A stretch of 64,000 nucleotides of DNA, taken from contig CAWCPV010000009.1 of the NCBI GenBank assembly GCA_963797555.1, positions 1-64,000 of the forward strand, written 5' to 3'. The notes under the pieces were generated by a model. That model did no database searches. It saw only the letters and a list, made by a program, of their open reading frames with translations, and was not told the DNA's origin. A program made the translations under genes and the position numbers. Source of the stretch: an uncultured Gammaproteobacteria bacterium. GTDB taxonomy: Bacteria > Pseudomonadota > Gammaproteobacteria > CAWCPV01. Positions within the stretch are counted from its first letter, which is position 1. The number at the start of each line of letters is the position of its first letter. Shown piece after piece: positions 9,805 through 20,007 of the stretch.

Positions 9805-10899
9805 TCACCCCCCCACGAGGTTGACCTTCGGCAGCAGCTCCGGGTCGGTGACGAAGCGCTGAATCTGCTGCTTGTCCTGGGCATGGCGGTAGGCGTCATT
9901 CGGGTCGATCTCCTTTCTCTGCAGCGCCTCTAGGAGGGCTTGGTCGAGCAGCTGCATGCCCAGGTCCTTTCCGGTCTGTATCGATGCGGGGATTTGGAAA
10001 ACCTTGCTCGTCAGGATAAGGTTCGCAATGGCGTGTGTCATCACCAGGATCTCGGCGATGGCTTTCCTTCCGCGCCCGTCCGCGGACCTGACCAGTGCCT
10101 GGCTGACCACGCCGCGCAGGCTCTGCGACAGGAAGCTCGTGCCCTGGGCCTTCTGCTCCGAGGGCAGGGCATCGATGATGCGGTCGATGGTCTTGGTGGC
10201 GTTCGTGGTATGCAGCGTCCCGAGCACCAGATGGCCGGTCTCGGCGGCGATCATGGCCATGGTGATGGTCTCGGTGTCGCGCAGCTCTCCCACCAGGATC
10301 ACGTCGGGGTCCTCGCGAAGCGCGGACCGCAGCCCTTCCGCGAAGCTCGCCACATGGGTCCCGATTTCCCGCTGCACGACCAAGGACATCTTGCTGTCGT
10401 GCCGGAACTCGATGGGGTCTTCCAGGGTGATGATGTTCAGCCGCCGGTTGCTGTTGAGGTGGTCGATCATGGCGGCAAGGGTCGTGGACTTTCCCATGCC
10501 CGTTGCGCCCGTGACCAGGACCAGCCCCTGGTGCAGGCCAGCGAGCTTCTTGACCACGGCGGGCAGTCCGAGAGAGTCCAGTCCGGGAATCTGCTCCGGG
10601 ATGACCCGGAAACTCGCTCCGACGCCACCCACCTTGCGGTACAGATTGACCCGGAACCGCCCGATGCCGTCTTGACTATAGGAGAAGTCCAGGTCCGCCC
10701 CGGACTCGAACTTCGCGCGCTGCGAGTCAGTCAGGATTTCGTGGAGCAGACCCTGAAGTTCTTCCCGGCCCAGGTCACGGTACTTGACCGGCACGAGCTG
10801 TCCGAACATGCGCAGCAGAGGAGGGACGCCGACGGCCAAATGAATATCCGAGCAGCCCTGCTCCTTGCCCAACTGCAGAAAGGCGTCGAGCCTGGCCAT
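9805..10899 (-). CDS. pilT: PilT-family type IV pilus retraction ATPase (paralog 1)
   Basis: SDIH, GATGMGKSTT, TLEDPIE, LREDPDVILVGELRD, AETGHLVLGTLHT and AIANLI. The ATG overlaps the kinase stop codon (TAATG). Confidence 0.9.
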   Translation of the reverse strand: MARLDAFLQLGKEQGCSDIHLAVGVPPLLRMFGQLVPVKYRDLGREELQGLLHEILTDSQRAKFESGADLDFSYSQDGIGRFRVNLYRKVGGVGASFRVIPEQIPGLDSLGLPAVVKKLAGLHQGLVLVTGATGMGKSTTLAAMIDHLNSNRRLNIITLEDPIEFRHDSKMSLVVQREIGTHVASFAEGLRSALREDPDVILVGELRDTETITMAMIAAETGHLVLGTLHTTNATKTIDRIIDALPSEQKAQGTSFLSQSLRGVVSQALVRSADGRGRKAIAEILVMTHAIANLILTSKVFQIPASIQTGKDLGMQLLDQALLEALQRKEIDPNDAYRHAQDKQQIQRFVTDPELLPKVNLVGG

Positions 10900-13343
10900 T
10901 AGAGCGCTTCCTCCCGCAGCAGGGCTTCCAGCTCCTGGCGCAACTCCTCCATGCTCTGGTACCGCCACTCGGGATCCACCGCCATGGCCTTGAGGATGGT
11001 CGATTCCAGCGCGGGGGAAATATCCGTCTGGATTTCGCCGGGCCGGGTTGCCTTGCCCTCGACATGCTGGAACAGGATGGACATGGGGTCGTCGGCGCTG
11101 TAGGGCGGTTTGCCCGTGAATATCTCATACATGATTACGCCCAGGCTGTAGATGTCGGTGCGCGGGTCGAAAGGCCCGCCCCGTACCTGTTCCGGAGCCA
11201 TATAGGTGGGCGTCCCAACCAGGAACCCGGTGGTGGTGAGGCGCGAGTCGCCATGGCTGGCCGCAGCAGCGAGACCGAAGTCGACGATCTTCACTACGTC
11301 GCTATCGTTGATGAGGATGTTGGCCGGCTTCAGATCCCGGTGCACGACGTCTGCCTGGTGGGCGACACTCATGCCGCGGCAGATGTCCTGAAGTATCTTC
11401 AGCGCCCTTGCTTTATTCATGAGGCGCCCCGTCTGGAGCTCTGCGGCCAGGGAATGGCTCGGAAAGTACTCCATGGAGATGGCGTAGGTCCCCCCGAACG
11501 TGAGGAAGTCGTAGATCCTGATGACGTTCTCGTGGGTGATCCTTCTCGCGTATCGGATCTCGTGGATGAACCGCTTGATCGCCTTTTCGTCCGCTGCTAC
11601 GTGTGGTTTGAGAAACTTCAGGATGACCTCCTCGCCGACGACGATGTCCTGCAGGAGGACGACCACCCCGAAGCCACCACTGCCTATTTGGCGTACCACG
11701 CGATAGCGATCGCCTACCACCATCCCGGATCGGAGGGTGCCCGGATCCGTGAGTAGCGCAACCGCCGGGATGGGGGAGGGCGCAGAGGCCGGTGCCTCTG
11801 CGGCTTGCTCGGCTGGTCGGGCCGCCGACGGCGCTCCGGAGTCGCCCTGCAGCAGAGACCGCGCCCCCACGATGGTGGATTCGCGCTCTCGCGCCGGACG
11901 CTCCACAACGCGCGTCTTATCTCCGAATCGCCCGACTATCGTCCCCAGGGCTTGATTCGCCAGTGCCACGAACTCCTCGGACTGATCCTGCAGAGAGCCC
12001 AGCAGCGCCCGTTGGACCGACTCGGCATCCTTCTCCCCGGTCAGCGCGTCGAGCGCGCGCAGCGCCTCTACCCTCGCGGCTTTCTTGCCGCTGCGCAGTT
12101 GCCCGAGGAGGGGCCGGATGGCGGCAGCGTCCTTGAGGGCGGCGAGGGCTCGGATAGCCGCGGGCGCCGAGTCGGCGTCGGCCTCCATCAGTCGGATCAA
12201 CGCCGGTACGGCTCTCCCGTCGCCGAGGCTGGCGAGCGCGTCCGCCGCCCTCTCCCTAACCCACCAATCCGCATCGCCGAGGGCGTCCATGAGATGATTG
12301 AGCGCCCTCTCGTCTTTCGTCAGGTTGAGGACCTCGATGGCGCTGCGGCGTATGAACTCATCCTGGTCCGTCAACAGAGCGAGCATGGCTTCGACGACCT
12401 TGGGGCCCCCGATGGTGCCGAGCGCATCGGCTGCGCGGACTCTCACCCACCAATCCTTGTCCCGCATGGCTTGGAGCAGCTCTTTGATCGTATCGGCATT
12501 GCCGATGAGGTTCAGAACTTCCACCCCCGCACGGCGCACATACTCGGACTCGTCCTGAAGGACATCCAGCAAGTGTTGCACGGCCCGCGGATCGTTGATC
12601 CGAGCGATGGTGTCGATGGCCTTGCTCTGCACGGTCAGGTCCGGGTCGCGCAACATGTGGACGACGGGGGCTACGTCCAACGGCATCCGCAGGCTGGCGA
12701 GACCTTCCAGCGCAGTGACACGGACCGATTTGTTGGGGTCCTGAAGGAGCGTCAACAGCGTGTCGCGGACCGCATCCGTCGCAAAGCGACGCAGGATCCG
12801 CGTGGCGTTGAAGCGAACGAGCCAGTCGTCGCTCCGGGTACGCTCGATCAGATCCGGCAGAATGGCTTCCGTCGCAACGTCGTCCAGCAGCCGGAATATA
12901 GGCGTCAAGGCGTCCCGGTCCAGGCGGTCGAGCAGGCGCAAGACCGCCTTCGCATCCAGCCTCTCCTTCTGGTGCAGCAATATCTCGACGAGATGAGCCG
13001 CGGGGATGTCCGGGTCGCCGAAGTGCTCGAGCAGCAGGTTAGGATCGAATCGGCCAGGTGCGGAGAGCACCTGCCCGACCCCGTTCACGACGCGAGCGTT
13101 CCCATGGGCGAGACCCTCGCAGAAGAGAGGGAGCGTACTGTTATCGAGAAGGTTCTTCAGGATCTCGCGAGCGGCGTCGGACGAGTCCGGGCTGCCCAGC
13201 AACTCGATCAGGGTCGGGACGGCGCGAGCCCTGAGCTGTTTCAGGGTCGAAAACGCCTTGACGCGCTCGGAGCCGGACACGTCGCCGGAGTGCAGGAGTG
13301 CCGCGATCGACTTGTGGACCTTGAACGCGTCTAACACGCCCAT
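10899..13343 (-). CDS. HEAT-repeat protein with a C-terminal Hanks-type Ser/Thr kinase
   Basis: Many HEAT/PBS-like repeats (DxDWWVRxRAADALG). Kinase motifs GSGGFG, HRDLKPANIL, DFG and GTPTYMAPE. No obvious transmembrane segment. Confidence 0.92.
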   Translation of the reverse strand: MGVLDAFKVHKSIAALLHSGDVSGSERVKAFSTLKQLRARAVPTLIELLGSPDSSDAAREILKNLLDNSTLPLFCEGLAHGNARVVNGVGQVLSAPGRFDPNLLLEHFGDPDIPAAHLVEILLHQKERLDAKAVLRLLDRLDRDALTPIFRLLDDVATEAILPDLIERTRSDDWLVRFNATRILRRFATDAVRDTLLTLLQDPNKSVRVTALEGLASLRMPLDVAPVVHMLRDPDLTVQSKAIDTIARINDPRAVQHLLDVLQDESEYVRRAGVEVLNLIGNADTIKELLQAMRDKDWWVRVRAADALGTIGGPKVVEAMLALLTDQDEFIRRSAIEVLNLTKDERALNHLMDALGDADWWVRERAADALASLGDGRAVPALIRLMEADADSAPAAIRALAALKDAAAIRPLLGQLRSGKKAARVEALRALDALTGEKDAESVQRALLGSLQDQSEEFVALANQALGTIVGRFGDKTRVVERPARERESTIVGARSLLQGDSGAPSAARPAEQAAEAPASAPSPIPAVALLTDPGTLRSGMVVGDRYRVVRQIGSGGFGVVVLLQDIVVGEEVILKFLKPHVAADEKAIKRFIHEIRYARRITHENVIRIYDFLTFGGTYAISMEYFPSHSLAAELQTGRLMNKARALKILQDICRGMSVAHQADVVHRDLKPANILINDSDVVKIVDFGLAAAASHGDSRLTTTGFLVGTPTYMAPEQVRGGPFDPRTDIYSLGVIMYEIFTGKPPYSADDPMSILFQHVEGKATRPGEIQTDISPALESTILKAMAVDPEWRYQSMEELRQELEALLREEAL

Positions 13344-13392
13344 GCAGTCATTGCTGGCATTGTGGTCTGCATCGACCGGAAACGAGCTGCGC

Positions 13393-13857
13393 TTACGGGG
13401 TCACGCAGACGATATACGCCTTGTTTACCAGGCACACGTTGGAATCGTTGATCTCTATCTTGACGAAGCGCTCTTCCGTGAGGTTCAGGTAGTCGAACAA
13501 ACGCGCGCGGTCGGGTGGAAGCGGCTTGCGGATCCTTCCCTCCATCGAGGAGCCATCCATGAGGTACAGCCTGCATCCGAGCGATACCATCTCGGGAAGG
13601 TCCAGGGGCTGCTCCTCGCGATATTCCACCCGGACGACCGACGCCTTGTTATAGAAGCGCACGTCTTCGGGTCCATCCCGCTGCAGTACCAGGAATGGGC
13701 CGGACCCGTTCAGAACTTCGACCGGTTCCTCTTCGCGCGCCATCACCGTGCTTTGCGTCCGCAGGAACAAAGAGCCCAGCACTCTCCCCTCCGGATGGAC
13801 CCAGAACGTTACCTCTTTCAGTGTCTTCGGGATCTTCAGAACGTCACTCAGCATATC
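13393..13857 (-). CDS. Small hypothetical protein with two internal repeats (DUF6812-like)
   Basis: Both halves end in a similar motif (EVLNGSGPFL...FYNKASV and DYLNLTEERFV...LVNKAYI). Located inside the operon. An alternative start at 14016 overlaps the upstream stop. Confidence 0.65.
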   Translation of the reverse strand, partial: DMLSDVLKIPKTLKEVTFWVHPEGRVLGSLFLRTQSTVMAREEEPVEVLNGSGPFLVLQRDGPEDVRFYNKASVVRVEYREEQPLDLPEMVSLGCRLYLMDGSSMEGRIRKPLPPDRARLFDYLNLTEERFVKIEINDSNVCLVNKAYIVCVTP

Positions 13858-14012
13858 CGTCCTCCGTTTCGGGAGCCACAGCGTCGTCCCGGCGTGCGGC
13901 ACTCGTTCGTTCTCGCCAGCCGCCTCCCGCACCCATGCCGCTGCCGCCGTTTCGGCGGCGCGCTCTCCTCTGGACCCCTGAATGGGTTGCATACGGCCCG
14001 AGCACTCACTGC

Positions 14013-16028
14013 TCACTCCAGGTATTGCGCTTCGGGCCGGTACGCGCCCGATTCTATGAATACCTTGACCAAGTCTCCGTCTATCCTCCCGGCCTTAGCC
14101 TCGGTCTGCAGGATGTCGAGCGCCGCCTCCTCCGGCAGCCCGGTACGGTACGGCCGATCGCCTGCCCGCAACGCGTCGTAGATGTCCGCAATGCTGAGCA
14201 TCCGGGTCTGGACCGGAATCTGTGCCGCAACCAGTCCTCGCGGATAGCCCGAGCCGTCGAGCCGCTCGTGATGGGCGTACGCGATCTCAGGGATGCCCGA
14301 CAAGGTGTTGGTCCAGGGTATTAGGCTCAGGAATGCGAACGTATGCGTTACATGAGATTGCATCTGTGCGTGCTCCTCGGGACTTAGGTTCCCTCTGGGG
14401 AGCCGCAGGCAGTCAAGTTCGGAGTCGTCCACGAGGCGCATCAATCGGCTGTCCTCCCCCGGGAAGCTGTAACCCGCGGCGGCCTCGAGTTGCCCGAGCA
14501 ATTCTTCGCTCACGCTGCCCGGGTCATTCGCTCGCTCGATAGCCTCGAAGAAACGTTTCAGATGTGCTCCCTCCGAGGCAAGGTCGCTCTGAATTTCAGA
14601 CCATAGCACGCTGAACTCGGTGCCATCCAGTGTGCTTTGCAGATGCATGTCGATCAACTCCCGGTAGGTTCGCCGTTCCAGGCTGGCGCGGGCGTGCCGA
14701 AAGCGTTCTCTCAAGAGTGCCATCTGCTGCGGGTGCAGCTTCTTCTCCTTGGTGAGGACGTGCTCCCGCACGCCGATCTTTCCGAAATCATGCAGTAGGG
14801 CCGCATAGCGCAGCTCCGTGAGCTGCTCACGGGTAAACCGAATGCCGCCAAGGCCATAACGCTCGGTCTGGTCCACAGCCCGCGCGAGGCGTTCTGTCAG
14901 CTCGGCTACTCGAAAGGAGTGCCCGGCGGTGGTCGGGTCCCGCGACTCAATGGCCCGGACCGATGCCCGCACGAAGCCTTCGAAAAGCAGCTCCACTTCC
15001 TCATAGAGGCGAGCGTTCTTCACGGAGATGGCCACCTGCGCACAGATCCCGGCGAGTATTTGGAGGTCCTCTTCGCTGAATGCCTGCGCGGCGCTGGTAG
15101 TGTCGACCTGGATGAGGCCCAGAATCTCGTTCTGGACCAAGAGCGGCGCACACATCACGCTGCGCAGCGACAGATGCGCGATTGAGGGACCTGGCTGTCC
15201 CGGCCCGTCAGCACGCATCGCGTCGCGCCACAGGATGGCCCGGCGTTTGCGGATGACCTCCTCAATGATGGTACGGGAAATGGCCATCTCTTCCGGTCTG
15301 TCGGACGCCAGGTGACGGATCTTGGATGCTACGGGCACCGGCTGATCCGCTTCCGCGCTCTGGAGCATGATCAAGACCCGCTCGGCGACCGGGAAGATCT
15401 CGAAGATGCAGTCCATGATCTTCTGCATGAGGCGCTCGCGGCTCGTCGTGGCCCCCAGGGTGAGACTGACCTGCACCATCGATTGGAGGCGCTTCAGAGC
15501 CTCCGCCAGGTTCCTCTCCGCCGTCGGAAGATCCTGGCCGATCCCGTCGGAGGCGTCGATGACCGCGGTATAGGCCGGGGGACCCTGGTCGTTCTGGACG
15601 ACCGTCAGCAGCGGGGACATGGTCTGCACTGCCGAATCGGCCCCGGCCTCGGTCGGTGTGCCGACGACTGCGGACGACTCGGGAACGTCGGGTATGCGCC
15701 GACTGGGGGGTGCGTGCTCGGCGGCGCGGAACAGCAGGCGTATGGAGCAGATCCTGATCTCATCCCCGTCGCTGAGCAAGTAGGGGAGCCTGGGCTGCAG
15801 CCGCTCACCGCGCAGCTCGGTCCCGTTCGTCGAGTTCATGTCTTCTACGAAGCAGCGGCCGCCCTGGAGACTGATGCGCGCATGCAGTCGGCTGACGGCG
15901 TCGTCCGCCAAGGGCATGAAGTTCGGGAGGCGACGCGTGTGGTCAGACATTCTCCCCAGATAGGTTTGGCCACCTAAGGGAAAGCGCCTACCGGCATCGA
16001 TACCTTCGACGACCTCCAGGCTAGGCAT
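14013..16028 (-). CDS. FHA-GAF-HD-GYP protein, putative cyclic-dinucleotide phosphodiesterase
   Basis: FHA (LGR...VSRLHA...DMNSTNGT), GAF (SVMCAPL...LGLIQVD...FSEEDL) and HD-GYP (GHSFRV, LLHDFGKIG, HHERLDGSGYP, IADIYDAL, RPYR). Confidence 0.92.
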   Translation of the reverse strand: MPSLEVVEGIDAGRRFPLGGQTYLGRMSDHTRRLPNFMPLADDAVSRLHARISLQGGRCFVEDMNSTNGTELRGERLQPRLPYLLSDGDEIRICSIRLLFRAAEHAPPSRRIPDVPESSAVVGTPTEAGADSAVQTMSPLLTVVQNDQGPPAYTAVIDASDGIGQDLPTAERNLAEALKRLQSMVQVSLTLGATTSRERLMQKIMDCIFEIFPVAERVLIMLQSAEADQPVPVASKIRHLASDRPEEMAISRTIIEEVIRKRRAILWRDAMRADGPGQPGPSIAHLSLRSVMCAPLLVQNEILGLIQVDTTSAAQAFSEEDLQILAGICAQVAISVKNARLYEEVELLFEGFVRASVRAIESRDPTTAGHSFRVAELTERLARAVDQTERYGLGGIRFTREQLTELRYAALLHDFGKIGVREHVLTKEKKLHPQQMALLRERFRHARASLERRTYRELIDMHLQSTLDGTEFSVLWSEIQSDLASEGAHLKRFFEAIERANDPGSVSEELLGQLEAAAGYSFPGEDSRLMRLVDDSELDCLRLPRGNLSPEEHAQMQSHVTHTFAFLSLIPWTNTLSGIPEIAYAHHERLDGSGYPRGLVAAQIPVQTRMLSIADIYDALRAGDRPYRTGLPEEAALDILQTEAKAGRIDGDLVKVFIESGAYRPEAQYLE

Positions 16029-16643
16029 CGGGTCCGATCTCCCAGGGTCTTGCAGCGTGCCTCGATGGCGACGCGCGCTAGCTACGTGGCATGACCTTGC
16101 CCGTTACTGGAGAACATTTCGCCGTGCATGCGCCCCTTTCTGCGCGCCCGGCGGACACGCCGCGAGAGCTCGTAGTTAAAATTTGCTGCCGTCCCGATGC
16201 CGGCATCGCGCAGCGCTCGTTCCTCGCCTATCTACTTGATAGGTCTCGTTGCTGCGCTCCTTGGGCGTTCCCCTCGGGCTGTTTGGGACGAGCACTGCAC
16301 AAGCCGTGAGTATAGCTTTAGAGCACGGGCGCTTTCGAGCCCATTCGCGTACCTTGGCCTTGGTTACGGAAACGACCAGTGACTTGAGTATGGGGGGCAC
16401 AGGCGGAGTGCTGCGCGTCCCGGCGTCCCTGTCCGAGGTGTGATGGTATGGCCTATTGGGCGGCGACGCGGAACCGGCGTGGGTGCTTCGAGCGGCGCGC
16501 CCGCTAGCACGCTGGCGGGCCGCACCGCCGGGGGCGTGTCTTCGGAGGGCCCGAGAGGGCGGCACATCGTTCGACAGCCGGTCACCGGCCCGGCCGAAGA
16601 ATGGGCCGGGTCCCGCGGCGGGTCCCGGCTCCGAAGCGCCGCA

Positions 16644-16988
16644 TCAGTGGGTGAGGAGGAACTTGGCGAGGGCCTGGCGGTCCTCTGGCGATAGCCCTTT
16701 TATCATGGCGAGCTGAGCCTGCATGATGGGGTACTTGGCGGGATAGACTTTAGGCTTGCCCTCGCCCTTCAGGAACTCCACGAGAGCATCCTGGTGTCCC
16801 TTATAGGACGCGGCGATCTGTTTGAGAGCGGGTCCCAAGCCTATGGAGACGCGGTCCTGAGTGGCGTCATGGCACGCCACGCAACCCTTCGACTGGAAGA
16901 TTTTCTCGCCGTCCGTGGCCCACGAAGTGCCAACGGTGGCCAGGAAAGGCAAAACGGACACAGCAGACATGGCCAAGAGCTTTCTCAT
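16644..16988 (-). CDS. Monoheme class I cytochrome c (c551/c552-like)
   Basis: Signal peptide, CVACH heme motif, GPALKQIA, and a distal Met in YPIM. Confidence 0.88.
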   Translation of the reverse strand: MRKLLAMSAVSVLPFLATVGTSWATDGEKIFQSKGCVACHDATQDRVSIGLGPALKQIAASYKGHQDALVEFLKGEGKPKVYPAKYPIMQAQLAMIKGLSPEDRQALAKFLLTH

Positions 16989-17534
16989 CGGGAAACACCT
17001 CCATGGAGTCGAAGGTTTAGTAGCCCGGATCGGTTCAGTGCCATCCGGACGAGCAGGCGACATTTTATCACAAGGGCCGGTGTCAACCGGGCGGAGCGGG
17101 CCCGGAACTCACCCCTTCGCGTGGCGTGGCAAGGGCTGGTACGCGGGACAGGTTGTTAGCGCCGGCCTCCTCGATGCGCCGGCCCTTGGGAGTTGGCCGG
17201 GAACACGATCCAGTGGCCGCGAGCGACCCCTTGGCGCTGCGCGACATGCCCCGACCCGGAGACAGCGGTCGCCGCACAGCGCGTCGAGTGTGCAGATAGG
17301 GTAGGGCTCGTGGCCGGGTTTGCCCTTTAGGCGGCCGTCGCGATCGGTAGAGTTTTAGAGCCTGTGAGGAGATCGCCGCGGGCGGCCACAGCGATAGCGC
17401 CGTTGCGCGGTGTTCATGGCGTACCTCCCTGTACAGCACCCCCTTGTGACGTCCCGCGGACGTACCGAATGGCCATCCGGCCATTCGGTCGCTCGTCGCC
17501 CATCGCCGCGCGCAGCAGACTTAGTCACAAGTCC

Positions 17535-18656
17535 TCAACCGCGAAAAGCTTCCTCCGATCTCAGGTACGCGATCTCCTCGGGAGTGCTTTCCCGCCCGAC
17601 GATGGCGTTGCGGTGGGGAAAGCGGCCGAACCGGCGGATCAGCTCTCGGTGGTGACGGGCCCACTTCAGATTGTCGTCGAGACCGGCGCCCTCGAAGAGA
17701 TCCACTGCGCGGTCCTGATCGGCGAGGTCTTCACTGTGCATCAGCGACATGTACAGAAACGCCTTCTGCTCGCCAGTCAGCTCCCGGTCGAATCCGTTTG
17801 CGATGGCCTCCACCGCGACCCCCCGTGCCTGCGCTGCGGTGGCGAGTGCCTCCAGGCGCCCACGGAAGATATGAAGCGGGAACTGGTCTAGGGCGATTAC
17901 CAAAGCCAGTGCTCCGCTCGGGGTCTGTTCCCAGTGGTCCAGCGTGCCGCCCGCTGCGGCCCGGTAGGTGGCGAGAAAGTGCTCGCGGATCTCCTCGTCC
18001 AACTCCGGCGTGGACCGGAACCATTGGGGCCGAATGCGCTCGGAATACCAGAAGGACAGCACCTCGTTGGCCGAGCTGACTGGAGTCAGGGGCGCTGGCC
18101 GCACCGCTCTCGGCCCGATGCGCTGTACCTCCGTGAGCGCCTCGTCCGCCACAGCAAACGCCTGCCCGAAGCCGCGCACGTAAGTGCCCGAGTGGGGGGT
18201 GAGCCGGAACAGCTGGAAATCGCCGAGCTCCCGCAGGGTCTGGACGACGTCTCCGAAGAGCGCGCCGAAGCGGTCGAGTATTCGATCCCACCGCGGGGCA
18301 TCGCGAGGTAGCGGCACAACATTACAGTCATATGCCAACCGACGCCGCTCGAACGGGTTGCGGGCTGTATCCTCGTCATCGAGCAACAGCAAGCTGGCCT
18401 GCCCTGTCTCCACCAAGTTGCGGGTGTGGCGCGACAGGCCGCTCACGAACACGTAGAAGTGGCCGGCGTCATCGCCCACGCAGGGTGCGTAGCTAGCGAG
18501 CGGCCTACCCGCGGCACCTACCGTGCCCAGAACCGCGGTGCGGCGAGCATTGCGGAACGCCAGGATCTCATTGCGCAACGCCTCACTCGCTCCGTAGTGT
18601 GGTCTATCATCGTCGGAGTTTGAGCCTCCGGGGCTAGTATGATTCATTCCAAGCAT
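17535..18656 (-). CDS. Fusion of a HugZ/HutZ-like split-barrel domain and DUF924
   Basis: N-half: ASYAP...FVSGLSRHTRNL...RRRL...DFQLFRL..GTYVRGFGQA. C-half: VLSFW...LDQFP...FLYMSLMHSE...IRRFGRFPHRN. Confidence 0.8.
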   Translation of the reverse strand: MLGMNHTSPGGSNSDDDRPHYGASEALRNEILAFRNARRTAVLGTVGAAGRPLASYAPCVGDDAGHFYVFVSGLSRHTRNLVETGQASLLLLDDEDTARNPFERRRLAYDCNVVPLPRDAPRWDRILDRFGALFGDVVQTLRELGDFQLFRLTPHSGTYVRGFGQAFAVADEALTEVQRIGPRAVRPAPLTPVSSANEVLSFWYSERIRPQWFRSTPELDEEIREHFLATYRAAAGGTLDHWEQTPSGALALVIALDQFPLHIFRGRLEALATAAQARGVAVEAIANGFDRELTGEQKAFLYMSLMHSEDLADQDRAVDLFEGAGLDDNLKWARHHRELIRRFGRFPHRNAIVGRESTPEEIAYLRSEEAFRG

Positions 18657-19089
18657 TCCAGCACGTCTTCACCGTGTCGCCAACCGCCTCGTGGCGGCGC
18701 AGGTGCGCGTCATTCGCCTGTCGGCTGACGCCCGTCTCCGCGGGGCGGTGCTTCATGACCTTCCTCGTTCTCGACAAGACCGGGGAGGTCCGTTGGCGGG
18801 CGGACCCACCCTGCGGCTGACCCGCGCCTTAACGGCATGACCTCTGGCCCGCATGGCGGCGCGCTGGCTAACCAATCGACGTTTCGCTGGACGCTGATGC
18901 CTGAGGTGCCCGATCTGCGGCCGGACCAGGTGGTGGGGGGCAACATTGTGCTCCCCGCACCCGTGAGCATTTCAACCTTGAGCCCACATTTCCGACGGGT
19001 GAGCACAAGCAAGGGGACGTTATGCACATGCGTCTCGAGAACCTGCGATATGCGGCGGAGGCTGCCGCCCGGTGAGAGCAGCAGCGGCC

Positions 19090-19317
19090 ATGTCGCTCCT
19101 CGTCGCGCGCCTGGTGCTGCCTGGGGGCTGCTCGCCGACTCTGGGCTGGTGTCGACGGGGAATCCTTCCGCCGGAAGCGGAGTCCGCGCCGGCACTCCGG
19201 CTCGCGGACATGGACGGTCAGGTTTTCGACTTGGCCAAGGCCCACGGGCACTGGGTGCTGGTGCATTTTTGGGCCAGTTGGTGCTATGTGGCTTTCCTGC
19301 ACCGGCTTGTGAAGTGA
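19090..19317 (+). pseudogene. Truncated TlpA/ResA-type thioredoxin-like protein
   Basis: APALRLADMDGQVFDL...GHWVLVHFWASWC, after which similarity is lost before the second Cys. Confidence 0.6.
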
Positions 19318-20007
19318 GGGTAGCACTGAGGGGCCGCCGCGCTGCCGAGCTGCGTTTGCTCGGATGCGGGCTCGCCGGCTGGGTGGCGCCGGGGTTTCGT
19401 CCGCGTCGAAGACTGCCGATTTTTGGCACAAGCCGCCGGGAATTGCGCGTCGGGGACTGCTCTCCACCGAGCCGGTCGGTGGCGCGCTGCGAGGCCCGGG
19501 CGAGGTCATAGGCGGGGCCATGGGGGGCGGTGCGGAGGGGGAACGCGCTATGCATGGGATTTCGGTATCGGGTGGCGCGTAGCCGGGCGACCTCTCCCCA
19601 AAACAGAGGGGTCGCGATGTGGGGTGCACTGGAGGTGGGTGATGCTCAGGGTCATCGACTTGTGTGGCGAAGAGGGCGGCCCCGAACGTGTGGTTCGATC
19701 CGTTCACCGGGCAGCCGGCGCAGTGCTGGTGTGCCCCGGAGCGGAGACCGGCATCCCGCGCCTGAACCTGGAGGCAGCCGGGCACACTGCTGAGGCCGGG
19801 AAAGCGCGTGGACGCGGATCTCCGGCGTGGCTATCGCTGGCCGACCTCGGTGACTTGCCGCAGTGCGACAGTGGCTCGGGTCCCCGCCGCGGCGCGCATT
19901 GATAGGCCTGCAATCACACTGATCTGGGCCAGTCGATCGAGCAGGAAGTAGTATCACGGGGCGGCGCGTGGTGCGCCCCCAACAGCCTCGCCGAGAGGAG
20001 GGGTGCT

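Noticed and set aside
11805-13334. Long antisense ORFs (here, and e.g. 30952-32358 and 46842-49019)
   Set aside because: These are shadow frames of real genes in GC-rich DNA.
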